From the NCBI GenBank assembly GCA_043228905.1, contig JBHGNT010000001.1, positions 8,122,001 through 8,186,000 of the forward strand: a DNA stretch of 64,000 nucleotides, read 5' to 3'. The notes under the pieces were generated by a model that was not told the DNA's origin, made no database searches, and saw only the letters and a list, made by a program, of their open reading frames with translations. Position 1 is the first letter of the stretch. Every line of letters begins with the position of its first letter. Positions 11,405 to 25,623 of the stretch are shown here, in pieces. The translations under genes were made by a program, and so were the position numbers. The DNA comes from Azolla caroliniana. Taxonomy: Eukaryota > Plantae > Polypodiophyta.

Positions 11405-13630
11405 ATGTCGATCAGCGAGCTCGCCTGCACTTATGCCGCCCTCATCCTCCACGACGATGGCATCAAAATCACGGTACGATTTGGCTTCTTGTTGGCTTTC
11501 AAATCCGTTTTGTCTTTTCCTCCGTTCCTCCGAGGGAGTGCTCTGAAGAAACGTGTCTGATTTTTTTGAAGGCCTTCATTTGCTTGATTTCTTGCTACTT
11601 TACTTGCCTTTTCACAAAACTGTAGACTAAAAATTGGAGTTTTGAACACTAAATCCAGGCAACACCAGCATTGTTTGCAACCAACAACCTTTTTCTGTGA
11701 TCCAATCCTTAAATGAGAGAGAAATCCCATTTCAGGAATAATCTCTTGACCGGGATCTCTTCAAAGTAGATTAATTGTCGGAAATGTTGAGAAGATCAAG
11801 CCTTCAAATAGAAGATAAACTATACAACTTGTAGCGAAATAAATTGTTGAGGAACTGACGAGAAGAAATTTTTGATAATGACACGGCACCAAACAGATGA
11901 AATTCAACATAAGATGATGTTCAATAACCTGTCATGATGAGATTCATTGTAGAGGTTATGTAGACAATGCTACACCACGAAGGATTAATCTTACGTTATT
12001 TATTGGAATGCTATAGTTACGTTCAACAAAGACTTCTGACCATTGTATCTCTGATGTCGTTCTAATAGCTGCATGTGCATCATAAAAGTTTTCTCACGAG
12101 TTTTCGGCATTGCTAAAGTATTCTTTTAGGTTTGGTTCTGTTGTATCATTTGAAGTTGCTTATCAATAGGCTGATTTCTATCATCAGTTTTTTTTTAAAA
12201 AGTTAATGTCCTTCAGCTTTTGTAATTTCAACAAGGTGGTTAATCACATCCCGAGAAGATATTGTTTTAGGCTTGTTACTGTAGAATGAGGAGTTTTATC
12301 CTAATGAATTTGCTTAGATCTGATATCTTCTTGGTGGTACTTCTGCATCTCCGTTTTTAGCTTTACCACGTTATATTTGGATTATTAGAATCTAGTAATG
12401 ATTTGATGCATAGTATTGCCATTTAAAATCTCATTGAATGGTAAATAGCATATCTCAAGCTTTGCGATCTTATGCCATTCTGTCTTGGATGGTTTCATTT
12501 GATAATATGAAAGAATGCATGATTCCATTCTGAAGACCTAGTTCTTCAAAGTGGCAGCTAATTCTTACATGTCACTTTTTTACAGGCAGAGAAAATATCC
12601 ACTCTTGTGAAGGCTGCAAATGTTGAGGTTGAGTCTTACTGGCCTGCCTTGTTTGCAAAGCTTCTTGAGAAGCGCAGTGTAGAGGACCTCATCACAAATG
12701 TTGGCTCAGGTATATTGATAGTACCACTGTGATTTACGGTGATTTCCAATCCACCACTCTAGTTTATTCACTGTTAATTACCATAATTTCTGATATGACC
12801 CTTAATCGAGCAAAAGGTGACAGGATAATAGTACTGGTTTGCTGGTATAGTATTAGTATTGCAAAAGCTAGGTAAATGCCTCTCTAGTTTACTACAAATG
12901 TCTATAAACTCCAGTCAAGTAATAATTCTGCATCCCACCAAGTCACAGTATAAAATTTTGTGTTAAATATCTCTTCTTTCCTCTGTTATCTATAATGAAT
13001 ACGTGCTGCATGTTTGAATCCTAAACGGTGATCATTTTGATTGTTAGCCGTGAACTAAAACCTAATGCTTCCTATTTTTACTAATCAGATTGATTAAACG
13101 CATTGTAGTTAACTGCTCTTAGCATTAGCAAAGGCTGCTTGATTTATTTACTTTCAAAATCCTGGATCTTTAGTATGTAGAGCCAAGGTAAAATCAATGA
13201 GTAATGGGCGTTTCAGGCCGACTGGATCAATGGTCAGGCTGATAGATTATCTTAACAGTGAAAGGGCCTATTTATTTTTTCAGGTGGTGGAGGAGCTACT
13301 GTCGCTGTTGGGGGTGGTGCACCTGCAGCTGCTGGTGGTGCTGCTGAAGCTCCCCCTCCTGTCGAGGAGAAAAAGGTTTGCTTGTCTCTAACTTTCGTCT
13401 TTCATAAGCTATGAATGTCATAGCCAATAAAAATAGTGAATTTAATCAAATGAGAATAAGTTGTTAGTTTTACGTGTTAACCATGAGTTGGTGACTGTAG
13501 GGAATTTCAAGTTGTAGTGACTTGACTGTTTTGATCTCAAGTTTCACTAGCTTAATTTCTTCTTATTTATCTTCAGGAGGAGCCCAAGGAAGAGAGTGAT
13601 GATGATATGGGATTCAGCTTGTTCGATTAA
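11405..13630 (+). CDS. RPP1: 60S acidic ribosomal protein P1
   Basis: Exons 11405-11473, 12586-12709, 13284-13375, 13577-13630 give [67 protein letters not shown]...[21 protein letters not shown], with the canonical P-protein C terminus. Confidence 0.97.
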
Positions 13631-15499
13631 ATCCAGTTTTGTGTTGTGTTTTGAGCTACATATGGCTGAATCGTTTTTGCAGTATTCTCCATCTAGAACA
13701 GTTCTTTTTTCCAAGCTTGGAGTTTGTAATGGAGAATTCCGGTTCCTTGGTGATGAGCATGTGCAGAAGTTAGAGCTTTTTTCTTATTATTCTCATGGTT
13801 GTGCAGAACGTTTACATTGTTCTGTTTTTTAACGATCAGTTTACTTGTCATGAATTGAAATGTTCATTCCAAGTGTCTCTTCTGTAGGGCAGAGCCTTTA
13901 AAAATTATTTTAATCCAGTATACTATGATGATATGGTGGTTGCACACCACAACGTAGTCTTGGGACTTCGGCACAAATTGGTCTCAGTGCAAGAGACAAA
14001 TAGCATGGTCGATGTAACAAAAAGAGCTTGTGCAATTGCATCTTTATTAGTTGGAAATTAAAAAAACACTATTGCATATGATACCATTTATTGGGCACAG
14101 ATTATTTATTCAGTAGTATAACAAAGATTAGTGTTGGTAGAGAGTCTTGTTAGTGCATTTCATGTAGTAGGCTTGAGGGGATCTTCGTTGCCAATCTGTT
14201 AGTTGAACAAATTCCTTACAAGCACTACAACATGTATTTTTTCTTATGTCTATCTTTACAGTTTCACTGGCATTATTATTGGCCCTATTCAATGAGGATG
14301 AAAAATCATTGGTATTATCAGTGTTTATCTTGCTAGCGAAGATAGCTTTTTCTCTTCAAATTCCAAATATGGGTAGGCGTTGTCTGGAGCATTCTCCCAT
14401 AGAAATATTAGCAATCTATCCATTCCATTGAATCAACGACCTCAATACTTGCTTCAATGCATAATTGTTAATACCTATTCTTTTGCGTCATACAACTTAA
14501 AGCCTAAATGGTCAACCCACCTTCTTGAGATATCCATTTCATATATATTGCATGATGAGAATATTGCATGAATCATTAAGACTCACATATGATCCGAAGG
14601 ATTCTTCAAACCCATGTGTTCTAATGCCCTACCCTTTTGATACAAGCATTGGCTTCTTCTGTTTAGGATTCTATACTTCTTCCACCTAGTGTTTGTGATT
14701 CATCTACTTGCATTGAAGTTGGTTGATCATCATCCTCAAGGACATTAACCATGGTTGTGCAAGGTCTGCGATTTGATTCATCAAGGGTGATCCTCTAGAA
14801 CTTCGGTATATGTTATTATCACCATTGTGTTAGTGATAATTATGGATCTTTCTTCTCCTTATGATCTTGGTCTAATGGCCTTATTTCAATATTGGTCATA
14901 AGAGGTTAGATTGTGACTATATTTTGGGGTTGTGGCCAATTTCCTCCTTGCCATGGGCGCTTGAGGATTAAAAAAAAACATTTATCTATCTAGCTTGTTC
15001 ATTAACATCCAGAATTACTACTAGAGCAATGTTGTGTAAGCATGCTGAATTAGCGATCATATCATTGTCTTGTTTACTAGCTTTTGTAAGACAATGCATA
15101 CAAATGTCATCACTTTTTCAATTTGATGGCACCATCAATAGGCAAAAGCATCTTAACAACTTCTTGTTTTTGTTGTCTAGATTGTTATTATGAATTAGCA
15201 CCACAATCTCTTCTTCATGTTGTCTAGGCTAGCATTAATGTTCCCTATCAGGCCTAGCTTTTTTTCCTCGATCAAATGCTTTAGTTAGAGGAAATATTTG
15301 GCTTGTTGCTCAAATTAGCTAGAATTGGTTGCTAGTAAAGTTGGAGAAGTACCCCTACTACAAGAAAGATAACATCTAGAAGGTTGAGCTCATATGTGTA
15401 TGCCATTTATTCACACGTGGAGACTTTGTGTTTAAAAGTATGAATATCCATTCTTAGGAAGACACACATCAAGATGACTTATGTGCTTAGGTCTCATTG

Positions 15500-16960
15500 G
15501 TCAATATTGACCTCTCTATGGATGCTAGTTTGCTCTTGAACAATTGTAATGGACGAATTCCAAGCTATTTACAAAATTTACCATTGCATGCCTCCATCAA
15601 AGCGTAAATGATGTGTGGATGGCCCCTTTCTAGCTTTAGAGTGAGTCCCTTAAGTAGATCATCCCTATCTCCTACTTACTCTCACTTCCTCGACATCTCC
15701 ATATTGGCAAATTATATCTTTTTCGTAGAAAAAAGCCTAATTCTACTACAACATTTTTTAAAATCTTAACATCCACTTGGGTATCTTAATTTTCTCAAGC
15801 AAGGTTAGATACATCTCTTGTTTTGTCCCAAGCCACATGTTGCCATTTATAAAGAGACAAAGAGTGGGTAACTTGATAGCATCCTTGTGTGGCGACGATT
15901 GGATATGTTTGATGGTTCGGGCATGTATCCAAAAAAATTGAGAATCTAGACATTCCTTGTAGAATAAAAGTCATATTAAATGTTGACATTGTGGGATTAC
16001 TCATGGCATTTGGCAACTTGCAATTAAGCAAGCAAAAGTTAACTAAACATTGTATCCTTGAAAATAGATTTTGTCATTAACTAATAACTATAATATGGTA
16101 GTATGGGATTTTCTTTTATAAAGTGTACAAGACGCGTCAAGTTGATGGACAACAACCTTCTTAGAATGGATAACACCTTTCACGTTACATCCTATAATGG
16201 CATGGTATTATGATCACATTCTAACACTAACCAATTACTAATACAAATCAGTGAAGAACTGTGGATTGCATGGATGATTATCCACACCAATCACCTCGCA
16301 CAAAAAAGGATATAAGATGAATACAAAACCCCATGGACGTCTAATCCATTAAATATAACATCGTATTATAGTTCGAATGTGAAATATGACAGCTTTGGCT
16401 CACCAAGAGAGTGTCTACAACATCTCTAAGATGCCATGTTGAAGGAGGCTACTATCCTCTATGAAATATCCAAACTCCTTATGCACATGTGTTGTCATGT
16501 GTCGATATCCTTACGGTTTGTCTCGAGTTCAAAGATAGTTGGTTTCCCAATTATATTACCCTTAGTCCCATTAAATCAACCTTTAAAATTGGTCGTTAAG
16601 CTTATACTAGTAGCATGTACTCACTCAAACGATAGTCATACTTGTTTCCATATGTATGTTCACGATACCCATGAGTTTATAATTAGGTCCCACTTTGATA
16701 TCCGACATTTGTGAATGCTAATGGACCTCTATTTCAAAACCTTGGGATTGACTCACGAATCTTCAAAAAGCTAGAATTTGGACACAATATGACATCCTAC
16801 CAACAAGCATGCACGTAGCTTGGTATGAGCGCATGTTCATAACCAAACGTGAAGTATTTAAATATCTATAAAAATAAAGATGATGTTGGTTCTTACCCCT
16901 AACATAATTAACAATTGCTTTACGTACAATATCTTGATGTATGTATTTTGCTCTCAATCC
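15500..16960 (-). mobile_element. Degraded Ty3/gypsy pol remnant
   Basis: Fragmentary minus-strand similarity to the RT end (FYR.F...F), an RNase H-like CRISKWDLII (cf. GRLARW.L) and a connector segment; many stops and frameshifts. Limits approximate. Confidence 0.35.
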
Positions 16961-17394
16961 AACGTATGTTACTGCTTATATATGACTAAGTTATTCCGAC
17001 TCACAATTGAATTGACTACTTTTGGAGAACTTTTGCAGAACATCATGTGCCATGCATGATCCATGTGTCGACGTGTGTGAACTATGGCTGTCTTTGAGCC
17101 ATTGAATGAAAGCAAATATTATTAAAGACATAAAACATATTGTTACTTAAAAAGTCTTCTCTCACATGTTCATTCATAAAATTAGAAAACCAGAAGACAA
17201 ACCTGGATTTCAAAAATGGAATGTTTTTAAATTTTTTTTTGCTTTTGTAGTGTGTCACACCAATTTTCCTAACCATGAAGACATTTGACTCAATTGTGAT
17301 TGTGCCAATTCTGTATGCCAACAGTGTAAAATAATAAAGTTGGTACCTCCTTTGGAGCAAACTTAATATTATTAGCCCCCGCAATTTGGATTGA

Positions 17395-17700
17395 AGAGTG
17401 GGGGTGGGGGGGCGGGATAAACAGAAGAGGAGCGCGCCAAACCAAAAAGAGACAGAGAGAAATCGTTTGTTGGCCTGCCTGTAAATTGGGCAGGGCAGAG
17501 CAGAGTAGGGTTAGAGTACTAAATTTAGGGTTTATGGTCTGCTCCTGCTCTGCAGACCGCGGTTCAAGTATGTAAAAAGAGAGAGAGAGAGGCGTGGATG
17601 GGCTGGCGCGCCTCGGAGAAGTGGCGCCTTCATGGAAGGCATAGAGCTCGCCACGTGGGCCAATCAGACACACGCGAGAGAGACACCTTGTTTCGCGGGT
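17395..17700. promoter_or_regulatory. GC-rich regulatory-like island with G-box/site II, telo-box, (GA)n and G-tract
   Basis: gccacgtgggcc at ~17650-17661, tttagggttta at 17524-17534, G runs at 17400-17416, (GA)n at 17579-17591. Confidence 0.45.
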
Positions 17701-18051
17701 TGCGCTAAAGAGGCCTCCTAGAAAAGAGTGGACTGTGCTGCTTGCTCTTTCTTTCTTTTTTTATTATCTTAAAGACTTCACAAAAAAAGAAAAAAAAGAG
17801 TTAGAGAAGAAATTTAGAATATGTACATATAGAGAGGTGGGCAGTGGGCAGTGGGCAGACAGAAAAAAGAGAGGTTAGAGAAGTTTGGAAGGCGGGCGTG
17901 CGTTTGTTTGGCTTTGCTTTTTTTCTTTTGGCCTGTCCGGCCGTCCGTATTCGTCCGTCCGTCCGTCCGTCATATGAAATCAAATAAATCAGCATATATC
18001 ATCACTCCACTAACAGCTCCTACGTTTCAAAATTTCACCCCCCCCCCCCCC

Positions 18052-18790
18052 AAAACACGAAAAGCATAACGCAAAACGGCATCCACACATTCATTCTATA
18101 GGCCATGCCATGCCATACCATACCATGCATACATACGTTACACACACACACACATACATACATATATACATACATACATACATACATACATGCCATCATT
18201 GCCTTGCCTTTCCTTTCCTGTTGCTAGCTTCACCATAGTACGTAAAATTCGTGTTCGTCTAGCATAACATTCGTTTTCCTACGTTCGAAAACAAATGCGA
18301 ATGTTATTCAAACATTCGTGTGTGTTTTATTCCCCCCCCCCCCTCCCCCATTTTTTTTTTGTTTTTTTTTTTCCTTTTTTTAGGTTTATTTAGCTCATAA
18401 TAATTAGTTAACCCAAAAGTATGGTATTTACCATTCTTCAAAGATGTGTTTACCATACTCGAATGCGAAAATGCACGTATGGTTACATATGGTTCAAACT
18501 TCATACTATGAGCTTCACCATTTGTGTAGGTGGAGTCAGTCCTTGGATCCCACTCTTCTTCTTCGGTCAAAACACGAAAAGCAAAACGCAAAATGGCATC
18601 CAGACATTCATTCTATATGCCATGCCATGCCATGCATACATACATACATACATAATACATACATTACATACATGATACATACATAGAATCATGCCGCCCT
18701 TGCCTTGCCTTCCTGTTGTTAGCTTCACCATTTGTGTAGGTAGTCCGTCCTTGGATCCACTCTTCTTCTTCTTCTTCTTCTTCAGTCAGT
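18052..18790 (+). repeat. Locally duplicated modules upstream of MSL
   Basis: aaaacacgaaaagca..acgcaaaa.ggcatcca.acattcattctata at ~18052 and ~18569; agcttcaccatttgtgtagg...ccttggatcc(c)actcttcttc at 18511 and 18721; interleaved (TACA)n. Confidence 0.8.
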
Positions 18791-19096
18791 TTGAAATCCA
18801 CTTCTAATCTTTCACACACACTAATAGACACACACAGAGAGGGACATATACATATGCATGTATGTATATGCCCATCCGTACATCCGTACATCCATCCGTA
18901 CACACATCCATACATGATAGATACCTCTGCATTGCTACTTACTTACTACTCATTGTGATTACTTCACCCTTCATTTGTTCATTCATTCTCTATCTCTGTG
19001 TCTCTCTCTGGTTCTCTGTTCCAGGTTTTTGGTTCTCCACTGTGCTCTGTTTCTGTTTCTGTTTCTGCTAGTAATCAATCAATCAACACATTTCAC

Positions 19097-22000
19097 ATGA
19101 CTACCGCAACGGCCCATCAACCCACTACTACTACTGCTTCAACTGCTACTGCTACTTCTACCCCTCCTCCTCTGACAATCTCGGCTTCCTCATCTCCAAA
19201 CATAAATGGATCATACAACCATGGCCATGACCATGACCATGACCATGACCACACCACCCATGACGTTATTGTGCCCATCCATGATGACCCATCCTCGGCA
19301 TTATCATCGCCGTCCCTCCATGTCAACCCCAGCAACAGACATGTGGATGATGAGCATCATCGGAACCTCCTCGCACGCCGACATAATCGTACTACTCCTA
19401 ATAATCGCTCTCCGCTACCGAAAAGCTTTGATTTTGAAGTCTCCACCGTCGACCCGCCCACCCAGCTCATCGGTGACTTCCTCAAGAAGCAAGCTGCCTC
19501 AGGCAAGCTCTGCCTTGATATGGACATGAACATGATGGACCTCGATATGGACATTACCATGGTTGATAGCCTTCCCCTCCTGTCCCCTACCATAGCTACT
19601 ACCACTACCACTGCTTCAAGACATACTAGAAACCATCCTTGCTCAGTACCTACCCCAAGCATTGATCCCAATCATGTTGTTGCTGAAAATGGGTTGAAGC
19701 CTTCGTCGATTCGCAATGTGTCATTCGAGGATGGGCCTGCTGAGATGCTAACGCGTGGTTTCGGCACAGGTGAGGTCATCGCCCAGGGAGGGCCTAACCT
19801 TGAGCATGATAAGAATGAGAAAGATGATCAATGCTCTTCTAGCTCTGGCGATGATGAGAGTGAAATTAGACACAGGACTAGCCAGAGAAGATCAATCTTG
19901 CATAGGGCTCAAACAAGGTCCAGATTGGCGGATCTTCCCCAAGGAGAGCTGAAATCCGCTGTCCACAACACCAAATCGACAACTCAACTCAATTCAGGGG
20001 CAATGAGGTCTCAAGCATTGCACAAGTCCACATACATGGGCAAACCAGAGAGCGAGGAAGAAGATGACCCTCTCAAGGAGGAGGACATCCCAGAGAGCTT
20101 GAGAAAGCAGAAATGCAGCGTCAGTTCATCTCTCCAATGGATAGCTTTCTTCATCATCATGGGGGGCTTGATATGTAGCCTTTCCATCCCAACCTTAGCT
20201 CATTGGCCATTGTGGAGCATGGCATTGTGGAAATGGGCATTGCTTGTTCTCTTGCTCTTCTGCGGCCGCCTTGTGTCGGGCTGGGTTATAAGGATCCTGG
20301 TTATCATAGTAGAGAGGAACTTCCTTCTAAGGAAAAGGGTGCTTTACTTTGTATATGCATTGAGGAAAGGTGTCCAGAATTGTATTTGGTTCATTTTTGC
20401 TATCTTAGCATGGAGGCTTGTTTTTGATCCCAAGGTCCGAAGCTCTACACACAGTAAAGTGTTGCCTTATGTGACCAAGGTATTGTATTGTTTCCTCATT
20501 GGTGCCGTCCTGTGGTTGATCAAGATATTTCTTGTGAAGGTTTTGGCTTCATCATTCCACGTGAGCACTTATTTCGAGCGGATTCGAGAGTCATTGTTCG
20601 GGCAATGGGTGCTGGAGACGCTCTCAGGGCCACCGGTTATCGAGATGGAAGAAGAGAACAAACTTCTAGAGGAGCTAATCGAACTAAGAAAGGCAGGCGC
20701 AAAGGTTCCACAATCCATATGGTCACCCAATGCTAACAATCAGGTCACATCTATCGCCCCCAAAAAGAAAAGTGGCAAGATTGGGGCTGGAAAGAGTGGC
20801 AATTTGATGGCAGGGAAAGGGGGTATGAAGAGCGGTATGATAGCTACTAATGGCAAGAGTGGTTTCATCGCTGGTGGGAAAAGCGGGATTTTAAGGCCGA
20901 AAAGCCAACAGCTAGTGAATGATGGATGTCAAGAGGAAGGTATCAGCATTGATCATTTGCAAAGATGGAACCAGAACAATATATCGGCATGGAACATGAA
21001 GAGGCTCGTAAACCTTGTTAGGTACAGGGGCATCTATACCATTGCTCACATCATCGATGAATCAGCTGCAGCGGCTAGCCAGGACGATGCTCAAGATATG
21101 GAGATCCAAAGCGAATGGCAAGCAAAAGCTGCAGCCAAAAAGATATTCAAGAATGTAGCAATGCCCAATGCAAGGTAAACCAAATCATGGTGTCCTGTAC
21201 TCAGGGTGAGAATGATGACGATGACAACAATTCATATTGCGTTAGATTTAATGTTATACATGCAGATATATTGAGAGGAAAGATCTGTTGAGGTTCATGC
21301 GAGAGAACGAAGTGGAAAAAGCGTTGCCGTTATTCGATCACGCATGTGAGAGTGGAAAGATCTCCAAGGCTGCATTGAAAAGCTTTGCAGTAAGATCTTC
21401 AACTGTTTGAATACATCCGATGTGACCTGATGTGATTAAGAACTAGGTTTTTGTGTTGTCTTGTTTTTCCCCTATAGCTTTTTTGACTTGACTGATATAC
21501 ACAGGTACATGTGGTGAGAGAGAGAAGGGCTCTTGCAATGTCATTGACTGATACAAAAACAGCAGTAAAGAAGCTGCACAGGATAGTGGATGTGGTAGTG
21601 GGGGTGGTGATAATCATCATAGCCATGCTTATCTTGGGCCTCACCACCACCCATCTCCTTCTCCTCGTCTCTTCCCAGCTTGTGCTTGTTGTCTTCATCT
21701 TTGGCAACACCTGCAAGACCGTCTTTGAGGCCATTGTCTTCCTCTTTGTCATGCATCCTTTTGATGTCGGAGACAGATGTGTTGTGGATGGGAACCAGGT
21801 AAAGGTGGATCATATCACAACGAATCAATCATCACCATTCATCTTTCATCAATCATAGCTGATTTTCAAAGTTTTTTCTTTTGCTTTTTTTACAAAAGAT
21901 TACCGAATCACAGCAATCAATCTTGAGTTGAAATAAAACCCAATCAATTTTGTTTCTTTGTTTACACCAAGGAATCGACATGCATGAAAAGTCCCATGAA

Positions 22001-23092
22001 CATATACATATACATATGCATATACATATACTGTTATACATATACATAGTGACCTGATAACCCTAAACCTTAACCCCTACACCATATCCTGTTGAGAAAA
22101 ATCATTAAGATAATCCATTAAAATCATAGCATTGATTTTAGGTATTTGATTTTAACCAAAAGAGCTGATAATCAAAACATTGATTTATGGCTAATTTCTA
22201 TGTCTATATACATGTATCTACTATGTTTGCAGCTTGTAGTGGAGGAGATGAACATTTTGTCTACCGTCTTCATGAAAGGCAATGGAGAGAAAGTCTGGTA
22301 CCCGAACTCCATTTTAGCAACTAAATACATATTCAACTACTCAAGGACACCTGACACAGGGGATTCTTTTGAGTTTTCCATCGATGCAAGCACACCCTCG
22401 GAGAAGATTACACTACTAAAAGAGAAGATCTCAAAGTACGAAGAAGAAAACAAACCAGAGCTAAGCTCATTGAGTTATTATACATGTTGTTGGCTAATCC
22501 AAATTTTCATTCTATCATTTGGTATATAATCTTTTAACCAGAAGGTGGGTAGAAAGTGCTTAAAACATAAAGATAGGTAAGAGGGATTATCCTGCTCGTT
22601 GAAACAAGTATTTCCTCCCATTGTGGATAGATTGTTGTGTGCTGGGAGTGTCCACTTCATAGGAAAGGGTAGCCATTTTCGAATAAAAGTAGCCTTATAT
22701 GTTATTGATAACATTTGGTTTCCCTTTCACTAGTGATCAATTTACTGCATAGTTGTACTTTGGAGGATGCCATACTGGTCTGAATTGATCCTTTTCTATT
22801 CCTTAGGTATATTGCAAGCAAGCCGAATCATTGGACAAAGGACCACCATCTCTTGGTTAAAAGCATAGAGAATAACAACAAAATGAATTTGCAACTCCAG
22901 TTGAACCATACACTGAATTATAACGAGGACTTGGAGCGACAAATCCGTAAGTCTGACCTTATTTTAGATGTCAAAAGGATGCTCCAAGGGCTTGACATTG
23001 GGTATGGTCTTCTACCACAAGAGGTGCAACTAACCTACTCCTCAAAGCCTATTTGTGACAGTCTACAACACCCACACCCAAAGAGCTCATAA
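19097..23092 (+). CDS. MSL: Mechanosensitive ion channel, MscS-like (MSL4-10 type)
   Basis: Exons 19097-21174, 21266-21389, 21505-21798, 22233-22435, 22807-23092 are in phase. Motifs DPPTQLIGDFLKKQ, ERNFLLRKRVLYFVY, KVLASSFHVSTYFERIRESLF, SAWNMKRLVN, FLFVMHPFDVGDRCVVDG, VVEEMNILSTVF, YPNSILATK, YGLLPQEV. Confidence 0.96.
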
Positions 23093-23863
23093 CTGGCCCC
23101 CCAAAAAGGAACAACTTTTGGAGGGTCCTCATGTTTTCTTTGATGATTGTAGAGGGAAACAGAATCAGTTTGCCAATCTGCTGACCCATTTGAGTTTGTA
23201 GTAGGGAAGTCAACCTTGTGTGAGGAGTACTTATATTTTCCTTGCATGGTGCTCACAAACTTGAACCACCACACATGTAAATATGCACCTTTAATATATA
23301 TATATCGGTTCCAACACTTCGATGTCTCACTCTGCTTTTCTCTTGAAAAGAAAAGAAAAGATTGGTTGAATAATTTGTCTAAAGATAAAATGCACATATC
23401 CATCGATTGTGTACAAATTTATCTGTAGAACAAAATGTTGTTTGTACATTCTTGTAGGTTTTGTCCTAGCAATTTGCAACAGATAAATTGTCAATTTTAT
23501 ATTTGTTTTAATGTTAAACTCTTGTTTAATACGCTTAACCTGATCTCTCATGCAAATTTCCATGGAAGTAAAGTTTATCTCTTGTCACAATTTAAAGTCC
23601 AATCCAGATGACCCTTGAAGAGGGATGGTTGCTTACATAGGTTATGGATCTCCCTATTAAGTCAAGCATGAATAAAAGTAAACCTTATTGTGTGTGTATA
23701 TACTGAATAACCCTTGCGCTAGTTGTTCTTATCTTTGTAGCATACATTCAAAAAGGAAAGTTTCGATGACCATTTTCCCTTGGTGCACTTCATACTTTTC
23801 ATAATGCAATCTACTATCAACTTTCTTTGACATGAAACTATTCACTAAATTAAATCTTTTGAA

Positions 23864-24118
23864 CTACATTTGGTAAAAGCATAAAGATGATGCTCTTTTT
23901 GGAATGTTGTATGCTCCGTAAAAGTACAGCCCGTTATCAAATGCAATGAGTGGCATACCATGTATACAAAGCATCTTGTGCAATAGTAGCACTTTTTTCA
24001 AAATCGAGGCCCATCGATTATGTGAACAAGTAAGTTCATGGGTTTGAGTATCATGCCGTATTGCAACGATACACACTTGATCACATTCAAATTTGCCTTT
24101 CCACACATTCTCAATCAT
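23864..24118 (-). repeat. Unassigned decayed repeat, related to 25934-26236
   Basis: Shared ttgatcacattcaa core and similar translation K(F/L)ECDQ..I..I..D.QT...LH(K/R)...DNG. Confidence 0.4.
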
Positions 24119-24841
24119 GGCATATCACATTTCTCTCAAGATGCGGAAATGTCAAAATTGGAATATTACATTGCATGTATTAACCCCTAATGTTGGCCCT
24201 TGTACAAGGAAAAAATGCCAAAACGAATCCAATTCAATCTCACTACCCCCATGAGCCTTGAATCTCAGAGACCCTTATCACTTCTTCGAACTTGTTCACA
24301 CAAAGTTAGGTATTGAGGTAGCATCATGGCATTATCACCAAAATATGAAGATATGCGAGGTATGCAATGAAAACCTAGTGGAGGATGGATATCACTAACT
24401 TATCGCCTAATCAATGTATTAGGTAATTCATCAAAAAAATGATGACATCTTAGACGTGCATGATAATGTGGCCGTCAGACTCAAATTTCCACCGAGAAGG
24501 GTGAGCACATGCGTGCATGCACTACTTTCGCATTGAAAGTTTTAACTACATAGTAGCAACCCCCCTTAGGAAGGAGTCACATACAAGATGATAAATTGAG
24601 CTTCATCGTGGATGATAAAATATCTATTATATTCTCTCAATTACAATTTGCACTCTCAATTGCAACATTCCACAAAAATCCTTGAGCATTAAACATCATT
24701 TGTAAACTCCACACACAAATTCACAATGTTAGAAAACGTTTCACTTTGGTCTCATACACGTCTTTGGGTTATATTGATCATGTCTTATTGTTGACCTTTG
24801 AGGAACACCTTGCATTGTTCAAAAGGTCAACGATCTGACTT

Positions 24842-24890
24842 CCAATTTTGGTCTTAGAAGACGTTAATATATATTTCTTTCTTTCTCTTC
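24842..24890 (+). mobile_element. Extreme 3' end of (CTTT)n-tailed LINE (copy A)
   Basis: ccaattttggtcttagaagacgttaatatatatttctttctttc matches the 3' terminus of copies B, D, E, F. Confidence 0.7.
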
Positions 24891-25623
24891 ATTTAAGGGA
24901 ATGAAGGATAACAACAAATGCTAGCATGAAGGAACTCTACCTATTTATTAACTTTTTCAAGGCTAATGTAAGTCATGCACCTAACTATGAAACTAAACAA
25001 GGTTGATAGAAGTTGCTCGCAAACAATAGATATTTCAAGTGCATTCAAAAAATTTCCAAGGTTTCCAAATTGCTAAGGGCCAAATTTTTGTGATTTCACA
25101 CAAAGAGCCGACCAACTAAAGAAAGTGCAACATGATGCATAATAAAATTAGGGAAAAGCTCTAAAGTACCACTCGGTTTTCGTTTTTACTTCTCGAAATG
25201 CTCCCATGCTTTTCATTATTTCCCAAAGTGTTGCAGGTCGACCCACTGAAACATAGATGGTTAGATTTTATTATCGTCCTTGGAGGTCTGATATGAACCT
25301 AATTATGGGACATAGAAGAGTGAAGGATTTTTACGTAGTGGCATTTGTGTGGGACGAGTAGCAATTCTCGATGCTAAAGAGAGAGTTTCATTATACAAAT
25401 GTTCCGATCGATCGATTATCGCCAAAGGAGGATGAAGGGCATCCCGGGAAGATAACGAGAATGTAGAGGGGCATTTTAGAGATTTAGGTAAACCCAGGGG
25501 TAGTTTCGGTAATTTCAGAATTTGTGTACAATTGTATGGAATGGTTATAGTAGAGCTTTTCGCTTTCAGTGTTCCATTTTTAGTGATTTGAAGAAGAAAG
25601 GAGGAGCTCCGAATCAGAAAGCT

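Noticed and set aside
11931-12040. Box C/D snoRNA in RPP1 intron 1 (ATGATGA...CTGA)
   Set aside because: No proper terminal stem and only a short interrupted match to 5.8S rRNA; expected by chance.
18998-19096. N-terminal extension of MSL from the track start
   Set aside because: Non-ATG start in a pyrimidine-rich leader; the first ATG is at 19097.
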